The translations under genes and the position numbers were made by a program. From Candidatus Omnitrophota bacterium (GTDB lineage Bacteria > Omnitrophota > Gorgyraeia > DTHP01), in contig JAMWCW010000002.1 in the NCBI GenBank assembly GCA_023819145.1, forward strand, positions 11,231-75,230: 64,000 nucleotides of DNA, given 5' to 3'. Under the pieces are notes generated by a model, which was not told the origin of the DNA, ran no database searches, and was given only the letters and a program-made list of their open reading frames with translations. Positions 30,717 through 40,932 of this stretch are shown here, one piece after another (position 1 is the stretch's first letter; every line of letters begins with the position of its first letter).

Positions 30717-31287
30717 TTCTGTATAGTCTATTTTTTTCTATATACTTTTCTACTGCACAAGGGACTAAATAACTGATTGTAATTTCTTTTTTAATTCTAC
30801 TGCGAATCTCGGAAGAAGAGATTTCTATCTGAGGAATTTTTATTATTCTTGCCCAATGCGGTTTTTTATCTACGGGAAAGTTTGTTCGTTTAGCAATTAT
30901 AATTTTTGACATCTCTATTATGGTCTTAAAGTTTTTCCAATGCGTTAATTCTCTTATTGCATCTGAACCCACGATGAGAAATATTTTGGTATAGCGGGGA
31001 AAAATTCTTCTAAATTTTTGGAGTGTTTTAAATGTATAAGAGATTTCTTTTTCTCTTAATTCAATATCGGAAACAGTAAAATGATTATTTCCCTTAATTG
31101 CCTCTTTTATCATCGCCAACCGATGTTGTGCTGAAATTAAACCTCTATAACTCTTGTGGGGAGGCAGATAACAGGGAACAAAAATAACTTTATTTAGGCC
31201 AAGAATTCTATACGCCTCCTCAGCAAGAATAAGATGCCCTAAATGAATAGGATTAAAAGTCCCCCCTAAAATACCGATTCTCAACAT
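30709..31287 (-). CDS. nadD: Nicotinate-nucleotide adenylyltransferase
   Basis: GGTFNPIHLGH, PPHK, SYT, ISSSEIR. Confidence 0.97.
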   Translation of the reverse strand: MLRIGILGGTFNPIHLGHLILAEEAYRILGLNKVIFVPCYLPPHKSYRGLISAQHRLAMIKEAIKGNNHFTVSDIELREKEISYTFKTLQKFRRIFPRYTKIFLIVGSDAIRELTHWKNFKTIIEMSKIIIAKRTNFPVDKKPHWARIIKIPQIEISSSEIRSRIKKEITISYLVPCAVEKYIEKNRLYRNA

Positions 31288-31356
31288 ATATATATTTTCT
31301 ATATCATTATGATGTAACTATAACAATAAAAGCTGAGCAATTTGACAGTTCAAAAA

Positions 31357-32613
31357 TCAAGTGCGGATCTGCCCATTCCCAAGCACAACATATTTATAGG
31401 TAGTAAGTTCTCTCAAACCCATAGGGCCACGACAGTGAATTCTATTCGTAGAAATACCCATCTCCGCTCCCAATCCAAACTGATAACCATCGGTAAAACG
31501 CGTTGACGTGTTTACATAAACTGCCGCTGAATCAATCTCTTTTAAAAAACGCAGAGCATTTTTATCGTCTTCTGTAATAATAGCGTCGGAATGCTGTGTG
31601 CCATATTTAGAGATGTGAGCAATAGCCTCATCAATATTATTGACAATCTTTACTGAAAGAACTAAATCAAGCCACTCGGTATAGAAATCATTTTCATTAG
31701 CTGATTCTATATCTCTCAAAATTCTTTTGGTTTGATAACACCCTTTAATCTTTACACCTGCTTTCTTAAATTCAAGAGCTATTTGGGGTAAGAATTCTTT
31801 AGCGATTTTCTTATGCACAAGCATTGTTTCCATAGCATTGCATGTAGATGGTCTCTGTATCTTTGCATTTAAACAAACTTTTATTGCTATATTCAAATCT
31901 GCAAACTCATCTACAAAAATATGGCAAACTCCTTTATAGTGCTTAATAACAGGAATTTTTGACTTTTCCGTAACCTCTTTTATTAAACTCTCCCCTCCGC
32001 GGGGAATAATAAGGTCTATATACTCACTTAAACTTAAAAGAATTTCAACTGCTTTTCTATCGGTAGTATTAACAATTTGAATTGCTCCCTCTGGAATACC
32101 GCTTTTTTTGCTTATTTCCTGAAGTAATTTAAATATTGCTAAATTAGACCTCAGGGCTTCCGATCCCCCTCTTAAAATCACGCTATTACCAGACTTGAGA
32201 CAAAGTCCGATACAATCAGAAGTAACATTCGGCCGTGATTCGTAAATAATACCAACCACACCAATAGGAACACGCATTTTGGCAATAATTAATCCATTAG
32301 GCCTTCTCCACATGTCTATAATCTCACCTACAGGGTCGGGAAGTTCTGCAATTTCTTCTAACGCATCAGCCATCTCCTTAATTCTTTTATCATTCAGTTT
32401 GAGTCTGTCAATAAAAGAAGAGGAAAGATTTCTTTTTTTAGCCAATTTTATATCTTTAAGATTCTCTTTTATAAGATAATCTGTGTTTTTTATTAGAGTA
32501 TCTGCCATTTCTTTTAAGGCGGTATTCTTGACTTCCGTAGTAAGAATTGATAACCGTCCTACAGAAGATTTTGCTCGCTGAGCAACTTTTAAGACTTGTT
32601 CTTTTATAGACAT
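31357..32613 (-). CDS. proA: Gamma-glutamyl phosphate reductase
   Basis: GIIYESRPNVT, IPRGG, CNAMET, STRFTDG, RGPMGL. Confidence 0.98.
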   Translation of the reverse strand: MSIKEQVLKVAQRAKSSVGRLSILTTEVKNTALKEMADTLIKNTDYLIKENLKDIKLAKKRNLSSSFIDRLKLNDKRIKEMADALEEIAELPDPVGEIIDMWRRPNGLIIAKMRVPIGVVGIIYESRPNVTSDCIGLCLKSGNSVILRGGSEALRSNLAIFKLLQEISKKSGIPEGAIQIVNTTDRKAVEILLSLSEYIDLIIPRGGESLIKEVTEKSKIPVIKHYKGVCHIFVDEFADLNIAIKVCLNAKIQRPSTCNAMETMLVHKKIAKEFLPQIALEFKKAGVKIKGCYQTKRILRDIESANENDFYTEWLDLVLSVKIVNNIDEAIAHISKYGTQHSDAIITEDDKNALRFLKEIDSAAVYVNTSTRFTDGYQFGLGAEMGISTNRIHCRGPMGLRELTTYKYVVLGNGQIRT

Positions 32614-32627
32614 AATTTATTTTTTTC

Positions 32628-33731
32628 TTACAATACTACTAAATTATCTCGATGAATTACTTCATTGTAATACTTATAACCCAAAACTTTTTCTATCTCC
32701 TGATTACTTAATCCTTTTATTTTATCCAAATCCACCTTTGCGTAATTTGTTATACCCTGCGCAATTTCTTTTTTCGTTTCTATATCAAAAATGCTCACTA
32801 AATCCGTATCGAAGAACTCTCCCTCCACTTTAACTATACCTGCGGGAAGAAGACTTTTTCCTTTTCCCAATATTGCCTCAACAGCCCCTTTATCAATGTA
32901 GATTCTCCCTTTTGGTTTTAAATTAAATAGTATCCACTGTTTTCTGCTTGCAAGTTTCTTCCCTTGAGGTAAAAATAATGTTCCAACATTTTCACCGCTT
33001 ATAACCTTATCCAATATTCCCGGACGGTTACCATTAGCAAGTATACAGGGTATACCTGCCCGTGAACAAATCTTCACTGCTTCGAGTTTAGTAGACATAC
33101 CACCCACACATAATTCTTTGCTTTTTGTCCCGCAGGCAAATTTTTCTAACTCAGGGGTGAATTCTTTGACTGTTGAAAGTAGATTATGTCCCATATAGAA
33201 GCCATCAACATCAGAAAGTATAATAAGGAGATTGGCTCCAATTAAACTGGCAACCAAAGCGGAAAGTCTGTCATTATCTCCAAACTTTATCTCCTCTACC
33301 GCCACGGTATCATTCTCATTTATAATAGGAATAATTTTTTTCTCTAACAGAGTATAAATTGTATTACGTGCATTTAAATAACGATTCCTTTCCCTCAAAT
33401 CTTCCTGTGTTAATAATATCTGTGCCACTGTTCGATTATGTTTTTGAAAAGCATCTGCGTATAAATCCATTAAATATCTCTGTCCCACCGCAGCAGTCGC
33501 CTGGAGCTGGGGAAGATTTTTGGGCCTTGTCCTCAAACCTAAAACAGACATACCACTGCTTATAGCACCGGAAGAAACTAAACATACCTTTATTCCCTTA
33601 TTTAGCAAAGTGCTAATATCTTCTACTATCCGTTCTATTTTGGCACGGTCAATAATGGCGTTGGTAGTTAAAACACTTGTACCGATTTTTATCACCATCT
33701 TTTTTAAACCCTGTATTATATTCTTACGCAT
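32628..33731 (-). CDS. proB: Glutamate 5-kinase with PUA domain
   Basis: IKIGTS, VSSGA, INEND, FGDND, GGMSTK, IHRDNLV. Confidence 0.98.
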   Translation of the reverse strand: MRKNIIQGLKKMVIKIGTSVLTTNAIIDRAKIERIVEDISTLLNKGIKVCLVSSGAISSGMSVLGLRTRPKNLPQLQATAAVGQRYLMDLYADAFQKHNRTVAQILLTQEDLRERNRYLNARNTIYTLLEKKIIPIINENDTVAVEEIKFGDNDRLSALVASLIGANLLIILSDVDGFYMGHNLLSTVKEFTPELEKFACGTKSKELCVGGMSTKLEAVKICSRAGIPCILANGNRPGILDKVISGENVGTLFLPQGKKLASRKQWILFNLKPKGRIYIDKGAVEAILGKGKSLLPAGIVKVEGEFFDTDLVSIFDIETKKEIAQGITNYAKVDLDKIKGLSNQEIEKVLGYKYYNEVIHRDNLVVL

Positions 33732-33734
33732 ATC

Positions 33735-34706
33735 TCAACTCAACATTTCTTTAACTGCTTTTAACAGTGATTCTATCCCTTCCCCAGTAAGAGCAGATAC
33801 AGGATATATTTTTCTTTCTAATTTTTCTGAGAAATTTTTAAAATTAACAGCACTCCCCGGAATGTCTATTTTGTTCGCTATCACAAGTTGAGGCCTCTTA
33901 CCCAATTCAAAATTGTATAAAGAAATTTCTCTATTTAAACTAAGATAATCTGTGTAAGCATCTCTACCGTGTGGTTGGGAAATATCTACCACGTGTAGTA
34001 AAATTTTTGTCCTTTCAATATGTCTCAAAAATTGATATCCTAATCCTTTACCTTTATGTGCACCATCGATTAAACCAGGCATATCTGCCGCCACAAAGGA
34101 AAAATCTTCACCCTCTATTTTCACACAACCTAAAACAGGTGCTTTGGTAGTAAAAGGGTAATCTGCCACTTTGGAACGAGAAGATGAAATGCGATTCAAC
34201 AAAGTAGATTTGCCAACATTAGGGTAGCCAATAATTCCCACATCGGCAATTATTTTTAATTCCAAAATCAATCTCTTTTTTTCTCCCAATAATCCCGGGG
34301 TAGCGGGTTTTCTCAGACCATTGCCTTGGCCTCCTCTTCCACCTCGGGCTACCACCACCTCCTCACCAGAATAGGTAAGGTCACGAAGAATAAAACCTGT
34401 TTTAGCATCCTTAACTAAAGTTCCAATAGGAACTTTTATAATACAAGGCTTCCCATCTTCCCCTTTCTTACAATTTCCTCCCCCACCTCGACCATTCTCT
34501 GCCACAAAACGCTTCCGGTATTGTAAATCAATAAGTGTATGTATATTATTATCTGCAACGATGACTATATCTCCTCCTTTTCCGCCATCACCTCCATTTG
34601 GCTTTGGAAAACGATGGTAACGGCTACGAAAAAAACTCTTACATCCACTACCACCTTTTCCTGCTTCTACTTCTATTTCCACATAGTCAATAAAAATTGG
34701 CTTCAT
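33735..34706 (-). CDS. obgE: GTPase Obg/CgtA
   Basis: Gly-rich Obg fold, GYPNVGKST, YPFTT, DMPG, NKID. Confidence 0.97.
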   Translation of the reverse strand: MKPIFIDYVEIEVEAGKGGSGCKSFFRSRYHRFPKPNGGDGGKGGDIVIVADNNIHTLIDLQYRKRFVAENGRGGGGNCKKGEDGKPCIIKVPIGTLVKDAKTGFILRDLTYSGEEVVVARGGRGGQGNGLRKPATPGLLGEKKRLILELKIIADVGIIGYPNVGKSTLLNRISSSRSKVADYPFTTKAPVLGCVKIEGEDFSFVAADMPGLIDGAHKGKGLGYQFLRHIERTKILLHVVDISQPHGRDAYTDYLSLNREISLYNFELGKRPQLVIANKIDIPGSAVNFKNFSEKLERKIYPVSALTGEGIESLLKAVKEMLS

Positions 34707-34729
34707 CACTTATCATATTCCCAAAACCA

Positions 34730-34972
34730 TTATTCTTTTTTGGGAACGACACAAACTAAGTTTTCCTTTGGGAATTTTACTATACCATCTTTCTTAGCAA
34801 AAAGAGTATAGTCTTTTCCTTTACCTACATTTAAGCCTGGTTTGAAAACCGTTCCTCTCTGTCTAACCAGAATAGTTCCTGCAGATACATACTCTCCTGC
34901 ATAATGTTTAACTCCTAACCTTTGACCAGGACTATCGCGGTCGTTCCTTCCTGCAGAAGTTCCTTTAGCCAT
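34730..34972 (-). CDS. rpmA: 50S ribosomal protein L27
   Basis: [31 protein letters not shown]; follows rplU. Confidence 0.95.
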   Translation of the reverse strand: MAKGTSAGRNDRDSPGQRLGVKHYAGEYVSAGTILVRQRGTVFKPGLNVGKGKDYTLFAKKDGIVKFPKENLVCVVPKKE

Positions 34973-35308
34973 TTACTCCTCACCCTCCTTTTCCGTTTTT
35001 CCTACGTTTATTTCCTTAATCCGCAAGTGTGTAATAATCTGTCTATGCCCAATTTTCTTACGATAATTTTTTCTCCTCCGATATTTAAAAATCACTACCT
35101 TTTTTGCTTTCTTCTCGCCTAAAACTTCACAAATTACCCTTGCTTTAGGAACAAAAGGCTTTCCTATTTCTATATTTTTATCATTTACCAATAGAAGCAC
35201 ATCTTTTAAAGTTACCTTCTTTCCCTTAACTGGCAACCTTTCTACCTTAATTTCCTGTCCTTCTCTAACTTTATACTGTTTACCTCCTATGGAAACAACT
35301 GCATACAT
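34973..35308 (-). CDS. rplU: 50S ribosomal protein L21
   Basis: MYAVVSIGGKQYKV, FKYRRRKNYRKKIGHRQ; ATG after SD GGAGGTG. Confidence 0.97.
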   Translation of the reverse strand: MYAVVSIGGKQYKVREGQEIKVERLPVKGKKVTLKDVLLLVNDKNIEIGKPFVPKARVICEVLGEKKAKKVVIFKYRRRKNYRKKIGHRQIITHLRIKEINVGKTEKEGEE

Positions 35309-35349
35309 TGTTTTCACCTCCCTCTATCAAATTTAATTATAGCGAGGAT

Positions 35350-35378
35350 AGTATACCATAAAATTATTTTTCATACAA
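35350..35378 (-). promoter_or_regulatory. Sigma70-type promoter for rplU-rpmA-obg
   Basis: TTGTAT-N17-TATACT with extended TG. Confidence 0.65.
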
Positions 35379-35392
35379 TTATTATAATATCG

Positions 35393-36658
35393 CTAAACAG
35401 GATTAGTGATTAAACCCGAGGGAATCTTGGGATAGAAATATGTAGATTTGTGGGGCATACGCTCTTTTGCCAAAGCCACTTCTCTTACCTCCTGAGCGGA
35501 AGTCGGTCTCAGAAAGAAAGCCACCTTAAACTCTTTATTTTTTACCCTTAGAATCGCTTCTTCTACATTTTGTGTATAGTAAATGTTTTTAAAATCAGAA
35601 TTTTTGATTTTTAAAATATGCTCTATAATAAGACTGTGAAAAATAGAAACATCGAGCTTCTTCCAAGCAAGGGATTTATTATCACGCACAATCATCTCTG
35701 GCTTTAGACTCTTTTTTAGAAGAAGTGTAAAAAACCTCCCACCCATATACATTCCAAACACATACGTTTTTTTATTGGATTTATCCAGTAAAGAAAAAAG
35801 GGAATCTTTTCTCGCCGGCTCAATATCAAAATATAAATCTAATTCATTTATTAAATTCTGAGGAACTTCCTTTATAAGACGATGGGTAGGAAGAATTTTT
35901 AATGCCTCGTTACCCATAGGGGTAAGATACATCATAACAAAATTATAATTCTCATTACCGGTATGCTGAGAATTTTTCTTTTGGCAGTATTTTTGATATA
36001 AAAGACTTACTTCATATCGATGGTGCCCATCGGCGATAAAAATATCTTTCTTAAGAAAATAATCTTCTATTTTTTCTATCAATGCTAAATTATCTATGCG
36101 CCATAAAGAATGTTTCACTCCAGAAAACTCAAATTGGATAAAAGGCTGTAAAGAGAAATAACTATTACTTATCCCTTCAATAAATCTATGATTATCTTCA
36201 AAAATAGAGAATATGGGGTTAAGATTTACCTTGACTGATTTAAGAAGTTTAAAACGGTCTCTTTTGGGAAACGGTGAGGTTTTTTCATGAAAAAAAATCT
36301 GACCTTCATTTGATAATTTAAATCTGCAGATAATCCCCCAGCGCACAAATTTCTTTCTTCTGTATATAAATTCTTGGGCTAAAAGATATAAAGAAGGAGT
36401 TTTGTCTTGAATTACTATTTTTTCTTTTTGCCATCTCTTAAAAAAAACATTGGCACGTGTGTAACGGTTGTTTTTGTAATTATCGTTAGAGAAAACTTTA
36501 CCATAGTCAACGCGGATAATATTAAAGGGATGAGTTTTATAAAATTTATCTTGCTCTTGTTGAGAAATTACATCGTAAGGTGGACAGACTACTTTAGAAA
36601 AATCTTCTACCTTCTCCGGATTGTAAAAAATACCTCTAAAAGGTGAAATTATTGCCAT
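35393..36658 (-). CDS. DUF1015 family protein
   Basis: PPYDVI, HEKT, IADGHHRYE, MPHKSTYFYPK. Confidence 0.92.
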   Translation of the reverse strand: MAIISPFRGIFYNPEKVEDFSKVVCPPYDVISQQEQDKFYKTHPFNIIRVDYGKVFSNDNYKNNRYTRANVFFKRWQKEKIVIQDKTPSLYLLAQEFIYRRKKFVRWGIICRFKLSNEGQIFFHEKTSPFPKRDRFKLLKSVKVNLNPIFSIFEDNHRFIEGISNSYFSLQPFIQFEFSGVKHSLWRIDNLALIEKIEDYFLKKDIFIADGHHRYEVSLLYQKYCQKKNSQHTGNENYNFVMMYLTPMGNEALKILPTHRLIKEVPQNLINELDLYFDIEPARKDSLFSLLDKSNKKTYVFGMYMGGRFFTLLLKKSLKPEMIVRDNKSLAWKKLDVSIFHSLIIEHILKIKNSDFKNIYYTQNVEEAILRVKNKEFKVAFFLRPTSAQEVREVALAKERMPHKSTYFYPKIPSGLITNPV

Positions 36659-36667
36659 CGCCTTGAA

Positions 36668-37996
36668 TTACTCCAGAAAAGCAAACTTTAGAATAAAGAG
36701 CAGAGAAAGAAGATAAACAATCCAAGAAACTTCTTTCCCTTTACCCGTAAGTAATTTTATAGCTGAGAAGCTGATAAAACCAATGGCTAAACCATTGGCG
36801 ATGCTGAAAGTTAAAGGCATAGTAATAATAACCAAAAAAGCAGGAATTGCTTCAGAATAATCTCGCCAATCTATTTTAGTTATAGAAAGAAACATCAAAG
36901 AACCAATGATAATCAAAGCAGGGGCGGTAACCGGATGAAGCACCATCCCCGGGCTTACTTCGTACCCTCCCCCAATCATACGGGCAAAAGGAGCAAAAAA
37001 TAAAGAAATAATAAAAAATAAGCCAACGATAACACTGGTCAATCCTGAACGACCACCTTCGCTTATCCCCGAGACACTCTCAATGTAACTGGTTACAGTA
37101 GAAACTCCTACCAAAGAACCCAAAACAGTACCTAAGGCATCAACCATTAAACAACGTCCTGACTTGGGAAGTTTACTGTTCTTAATAAATCCCCCTATCT
37201 CCCCTATCCCGGCTAATGTACCCACAGTGTCGAAAATATCCATAAATAGAAAAGTAAAAATGATAGTTAAAAAACCAAGTTTTAAGGCACCAAAGATATC
37301 AAGTTTAAATAAAGTAGGAGAAAGTGAAGGTGGTAAGCTTACTAAGCCTTGGTATTTTACTATTCCCAAAGGAATTCCTAAAAGAGCGGTAAAAAAAATA
37401 CCTAAAAAAATACTTCCTTTTATCTTTTTGGTTAAGAAAAAAGCGGTAAGCAAAATTCCAAAAAGTGAAAGAACGGTATGGGAATTGGTAATTTTACCCA
37501 AGGTTACAAATGTAGCGGGATGAGCAACAATAATTCCTCCATCCTTCAAGCCAACAAAAGCAATCAAAAGTCCAATACCACAGGCTACAGCGATGCGAAT
37601 AGTCTGAGGAATGGCATCAAAAATTAACTGGCGTACGTGAGAAGCAGTAAGGATTACAAAAATCAAACCCTCCAAAAATACGCAACCCAAAGCAACTTGC
37701 CAAGGAATCCTCATTCCTATACATACCGTATAAGCAAAATAAGCATTGATACCCATCCCCGGAGCTAGGGCAATAGGATAATTGGTGTAAATTCCCATAA
37801 AAATAGTGGTTATTGCAGTTACTAAGCAAGTAGCTACCATTACCGCTCCGAAATCCATCCCAGCAGTAGAAAGTATAGCAGGATTAACGAAAATAATATA
37901 AGCCATGGTCATAAAAGTAGTAAGCCCGGCAACAATTTCTGTCCGCCAATTTGTTCCTAAGGATTTCAAATTAAAAAAATCACTTATTTTACCCAT
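36668..37996 (-). CDS. NCS2/AzgA-family purine permease
   Basis: EIVAGLTTFMTMAYI, APGMGINAYF, FDTVGT, YIES..G..EGGRSGLT. Confidence 0.93.
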   Translation of the reverse strand: MGKISDFFNLKSLGTNWRTEIVAGLTTFMTMAYIIFVNPAILSTAGMDFGAVMVATCLVTAITTIFMGIYTNYPIALAPGMGINAYFAYTVCIGMRIPWQVALGCVFLEGLIFVILTASHVRQLIFDAIPQTIRIAVACGIGLLIAFVGLKDGGIIVAHPATFVTLGKITNSHTVLSLFGILLTAFFLTKKIKGSIFLGIFFTALLGIPLGIVKYQGLVSLPPSLSPTLFKLDIFGALKLGFLTIIFTFLFMDIFDTVGTLAGIGEIGGFIKNSKLPKSGRCLMVDALGTVLGSLVGVSTVTSYIESVSGISEGGRSGLTSVIVGLFFIISLFFAPFARMIGGGYEVSPGMVLHPVTAPALIIIGSLMFLSITKIDWRDYSEAIPAFLVIITMPLTFSIANGLAIGFISFSAIKLLTGKGKEVSWIVYLLSLLFILKFAFLE

Positions 37997-38023
37997 CAGA
38001 ACCCTCCTTAAAAATCAGAAAAA

Positions 38024-38052
38024 AAGATACCATATTTGCATATAATTCTCAA
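38024..38052 (-). promoter_or_regulatory. Promoter for NCS2 permease (divergent pair)
   Basis: TTGAGA-N17-TATCTT with extended TG. Confidence 0.55.
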
Positions 38053-38061
38053 GGAAAATTA

Positions 38062-38090
38062 TTGTTAGCTTAACAAGCATATGCTATAAT
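38062..38090 (+). promoter_or_regulatory. Promoter for plus-strand gene
   Basis: TTGTTA-N17-TATAAT with extended TG, ending 9 nt before ATG 38100. Confidence 0.65.
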
Positions 38091-38099
38091 TTTTACAAG

Positions 38100-38492
38100 A
38101 TGATTAACATTATAGTTATAAGCCTTATGATAGTGCTTATGCCTTCTTTTGCCTGGTCAGAAGAAAAGGACGTCTTTTATTTATCTTCTGGACAAGAAAT
38201 TAACCCCGACGAAAAAATCTATCTTTATTCTTCTGAAGATGAAGACAAAACCTTTTCTTTACTTGAACTTATAAACAAAGAACCCCAAATAGATAAAGAA
38301 ACCGAAAAAAAGATTTTAAGAGAAGAATGGAAAGATTTGTTACACGGATTAGACATCTTTTACCCTTACTTCAAAACAAAAGAAATAGAAGAATGGATAG
38401 GAGAAAAAATAAAAATCGATTTTTTAAATTTTAAAGGCAAACCCAAGTTAGAAGAAAACGAGATACTTTATATATTCAAGATGAAACTATAA
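38100..38492 (+). CDS. Hypothetical secreted protein
   Basis: Non-overlapping 130-aa ORF with signal peptide (..SFAWS/EE) and its own promoter; no family recognised. Confidence 0.75.
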   Translation: MINIIVISLMIVLMPSFAWSEEKDVFYLSSGQEINPDEKIYLYSSEDEDKTFSLLELINKEPQIDKETEKKILREEWKDLLHGLDIFYPYFKTKEIEEWIGEKIKIDFLNFKGKPKLEENEILYIFKMKL

Positions 38493-38504
38493 ACAGAGCA
38501 CATA

Positions 38505-39278
38505 TCAATATTTTACTTTAAGGAGAAAGAGCCCTCTAGCGGGAGCAGAAGGACCACAAAATTTACGTTCTTTTGTAGAGAAAATATTTTTTACATCTAT
38601 GGGTGTTAACTTACCTTTCCCTACTTCTACAAGTGTTCCTACAATATTACGCACCATATTATAAAGAAATCCATCTGCCTCTATCTCAAAAATTAAAAAA
38701 TCTCGGTATTTTTTAAAAGAAATTTTCTTCACAGTACGTACGAAATTTTGTGTTTTTCTCTTGGGGTCAGTGGTAGTAAAAGCTTTAAAATTATGTTTTC
38801 CTAAAAACAGACGAATCGTTCTGCGCATGGCATAATAATCTAATCTCTGTTTAATCAACCAGGAATAATTTCTGTAAAAAACCGAAGCGACATGACGATT
38901 TAGAATGATATAGCGATATACTTTTGATTTGGCAGAGAAACGAGCATGAAACTCTTTATCTACTTCTTTTACCTTCAAAACTCTTACATCTGAAGAAAGA
39001 TGACTATTCAAGGCGTTCAAAATGTTTAAAGGCTTAAGATATGTATCGCATCTAAAATTTGCCACCTGTCCTAAAGCATGTACTCCACTATCTGTCCTTC
39101 CCGAACCAATTAATTTTATTCTCTTTCCAAAAATTTTCTCTAAAGCCCCTTCTATTTCTCCCTGTATAGTTTTAATCCTTCCGGATTTCAGATTTCGAAT
39201 TTCGAATTTCCTATCCTGTATCTGCCATCCTTGATAATTAGTTCCGTCGTATTCAATAATTAATTGAAAGTTGCGCAT
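38505..39278 (-). CDS. truA: tRNA pseudouridine(38-40) synthase
   Basis: YDGTNYQGWQ, GRTDSGVHA, FHARFSA, FLYNMVR, APARGLFL. Confidence 0.97.
   Translation of the reverse strand: MRNFQLIIEYDGTNYQGWQIQDRKFEIRNLKSGRIKTIQGEIEGALEKIFGKRIKLIGSGRTDSGVHALGQVANFRCDTYLKPLNILNALNSHLSSDVRVLKVKEVDKEFHARFSAKSKVYRYIILNRHVASVFYRNYSWLIKQRLDYYAMRRTIRLFLGKHNFKAFTTTDPKRKTQNFVRTVKKISFKKYRDFLIFEIEADGFLYNMVRNIVGTLVEVGKGKLTPIDVKNIFSTKERKFCGPSAPARGLFLLKVKY
39184..39211. repeat. 7-bp array in frame within truA
   Basis: gatttca gatttcg aatttcg aatttcc; encodes RKFEIRNLKS between WQIQ and TIQG. Confidence 0.9.
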
Positions 39279-39321
39279 TTTAAATATTATTTAGATTATG
39301 ATGGGTGTTTTAAAAAATATA

Positions 39322-40932
39322 TTAGGCTAATTTATGAGAAAGTCTTTTATGTTTCAATAGAGAAATAAAAAGAAGAGGAATAAAAACTATAAAAATAACA
39401 ATAACTCCGCTTATCTCATAGTATAAAACCCTTGACTCTAAAAGAGGAACACTTACCAGTATTGCATCAATAGCATAGTGCATGATAATTACAGTCTCTA
39501 AACCAAATTTTAGAAAAAGGTAACCTAAAATTATACCCACAATAGTTAATTCAATACCCCTTACATAAGGAGGAAAAATTTCATAGGTAGAGTGGGCGAA
39601 TGCCCAGATAACCGCTGGGATTAAAATTGCGATAAAATCTTTTTTAAAATACTTCTTAAAAAGAGAAATAGCAAACAGACGAAACATGAACTCTTCAGAA
39701 ATTGCTGCACTCACTCCCACCGTAAAAGGGTTAAGAAAAGGGAAATATGTCCCTAACATATTAGAATAACGCGCGCCCATCGGCATCCATACTCCAAAAT
39801 ATTTTATACCCAAATAGTAAAATAGGGTGACAAAACCCAAAAAGAAAAATGCCATAAGATAACCTATAAAAATACTCTTTCTATGAGCAGAAGAAAAAGA
39901 ATTATTTCTCCAAGCTGTGAAAAAGGGAAGTCTATCAATGGGCATCTCTAAAGAAAGCGAATGGCCCACTGAACCAAAGAGAAAGACCATTAAAGAAAAA
40001 AGAAGGGTGGCAATAACTGTGGAGAGAAAATTTATATTAAAGTATATAACTTTACTCATAGTAGTATCATAACTTGCCCATAAAAGAGGAATGGAATTAA
40101 AAAACTCAAAAACGTAACATAGTCCCACTAAGATTGCAGCGTATAAAGAAAATTGCCAATAAAACTTGTTTCTTTTCAAAAGCTTAAAGAGATTTATAAA
40201 ACAAACTAGATAGATAAATATAGTAAAAAGAGAGCTAAATAAACCCAAGATATAACCATAGGAACGTTTCTTCTGATAATCCCGCATAAATTTCTCGGGC
40301 ACTTTAAAATAACGCCAATAACCTCCTGCTCTATCTCCTAAAATATTTACATACACCCTTAAGGTAGCATCTCCAATTTGAAACTCTTTTTTTTCCCATT
40401 CAAAAGAATGGTCGGTGCGATTTTTTTGTTTCTGTTGCGATGTATCTACCGCTTTCCATTCTTCGAGATCAAATCCTATTTTTTTAAGGAAGGCTTCGGC
40501 AATAGGACGCGCTTCTTCCGAAGTTAGATTGGTTCCTTCTGTTTCATCAAGTATTCTATGCCGATAGTGGGCAATTTTACCAGTAGCGGGGTCTATTCCT
40601 ACCGAAAACTCTTCTTTTTCTAGTTCGCGAAACCAACGTACTGACCATACCCAGAGAAAATTATCTTGCCGAATAAGCTCGTTAGTTCCCTTCACGCCTA
40701 AAACACTCTGAAGATAAAGTGCTTGGTCATTTTGTCTATAGAAAATTGCTGTAGGAGTAAAATTTTCTAAGTTGAAGCCTAGACTAAGAAGATAGTCGCG
40801 GGAAAGGGCAATTGCTTTATCACGGGATATTTTTAATTCAACTGCTGCTATAGGATAAGTATGATTGTAAAGAAAAATAAAAGTAATCAGTCCAACTACA
40901 CCTAAAATAGCAAAGAATAATGTTTTTTTCAT
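39322..40932 (-). CDS. CPBP (Abi/CAAX type II) intramembrane metalloprotease with large N-terminal extracytoplasmic domain
   Basis: EEFMFR, WAFAH, HYAID motifs in C-terminal TM bundle. Confidence 0.85.
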   Translation of the reverse strand: MKKTLFFAILGVVGLITFIFLYNHTYPIAAVELKISRDKAIALSRDYLLSLGFNLENFTPTAIFYRQNDQALYLQSVLGVKGTNELIRQDNFLWVWSVRWFRELEKEEFSVGIDPATGKIAHYRHRILDETEGTNLTSEEARPIAEAFLKKIGFDLEEWKAVDTSQQKQKNRTDHSFEWEKKEFQIGDATLRVYVNILGDRAGGYWRYFKVPEKFMRDYQKKRSYGYILGLFSSLFTIFIYLVCFINLFKLLKRNKFYWQFSLYAAILVGLCYVFEFFNSIPLLWASYDTTMSKVIYFNINFLSTVIATLLFSLMVFLFGSVGHSLSLEMPIDRLPFFTAWRNNSFSSAHRKSIFIGYLMAFFFLGFVTLFYYLGIKYFGVWMPMGARYSNMLGTYFPFLNPFTVGVSAAISEEFMFRLFAISLFKKYFKKDFIAILIPAVIWAFAHSTYEIFPPYVRGIELTIVGIILGYLFLKFGLETVIIMHYAIDAILVSVPLLESRVLYYEISGVIVIFIVFIPLLFISLLKHKRLSHKLA

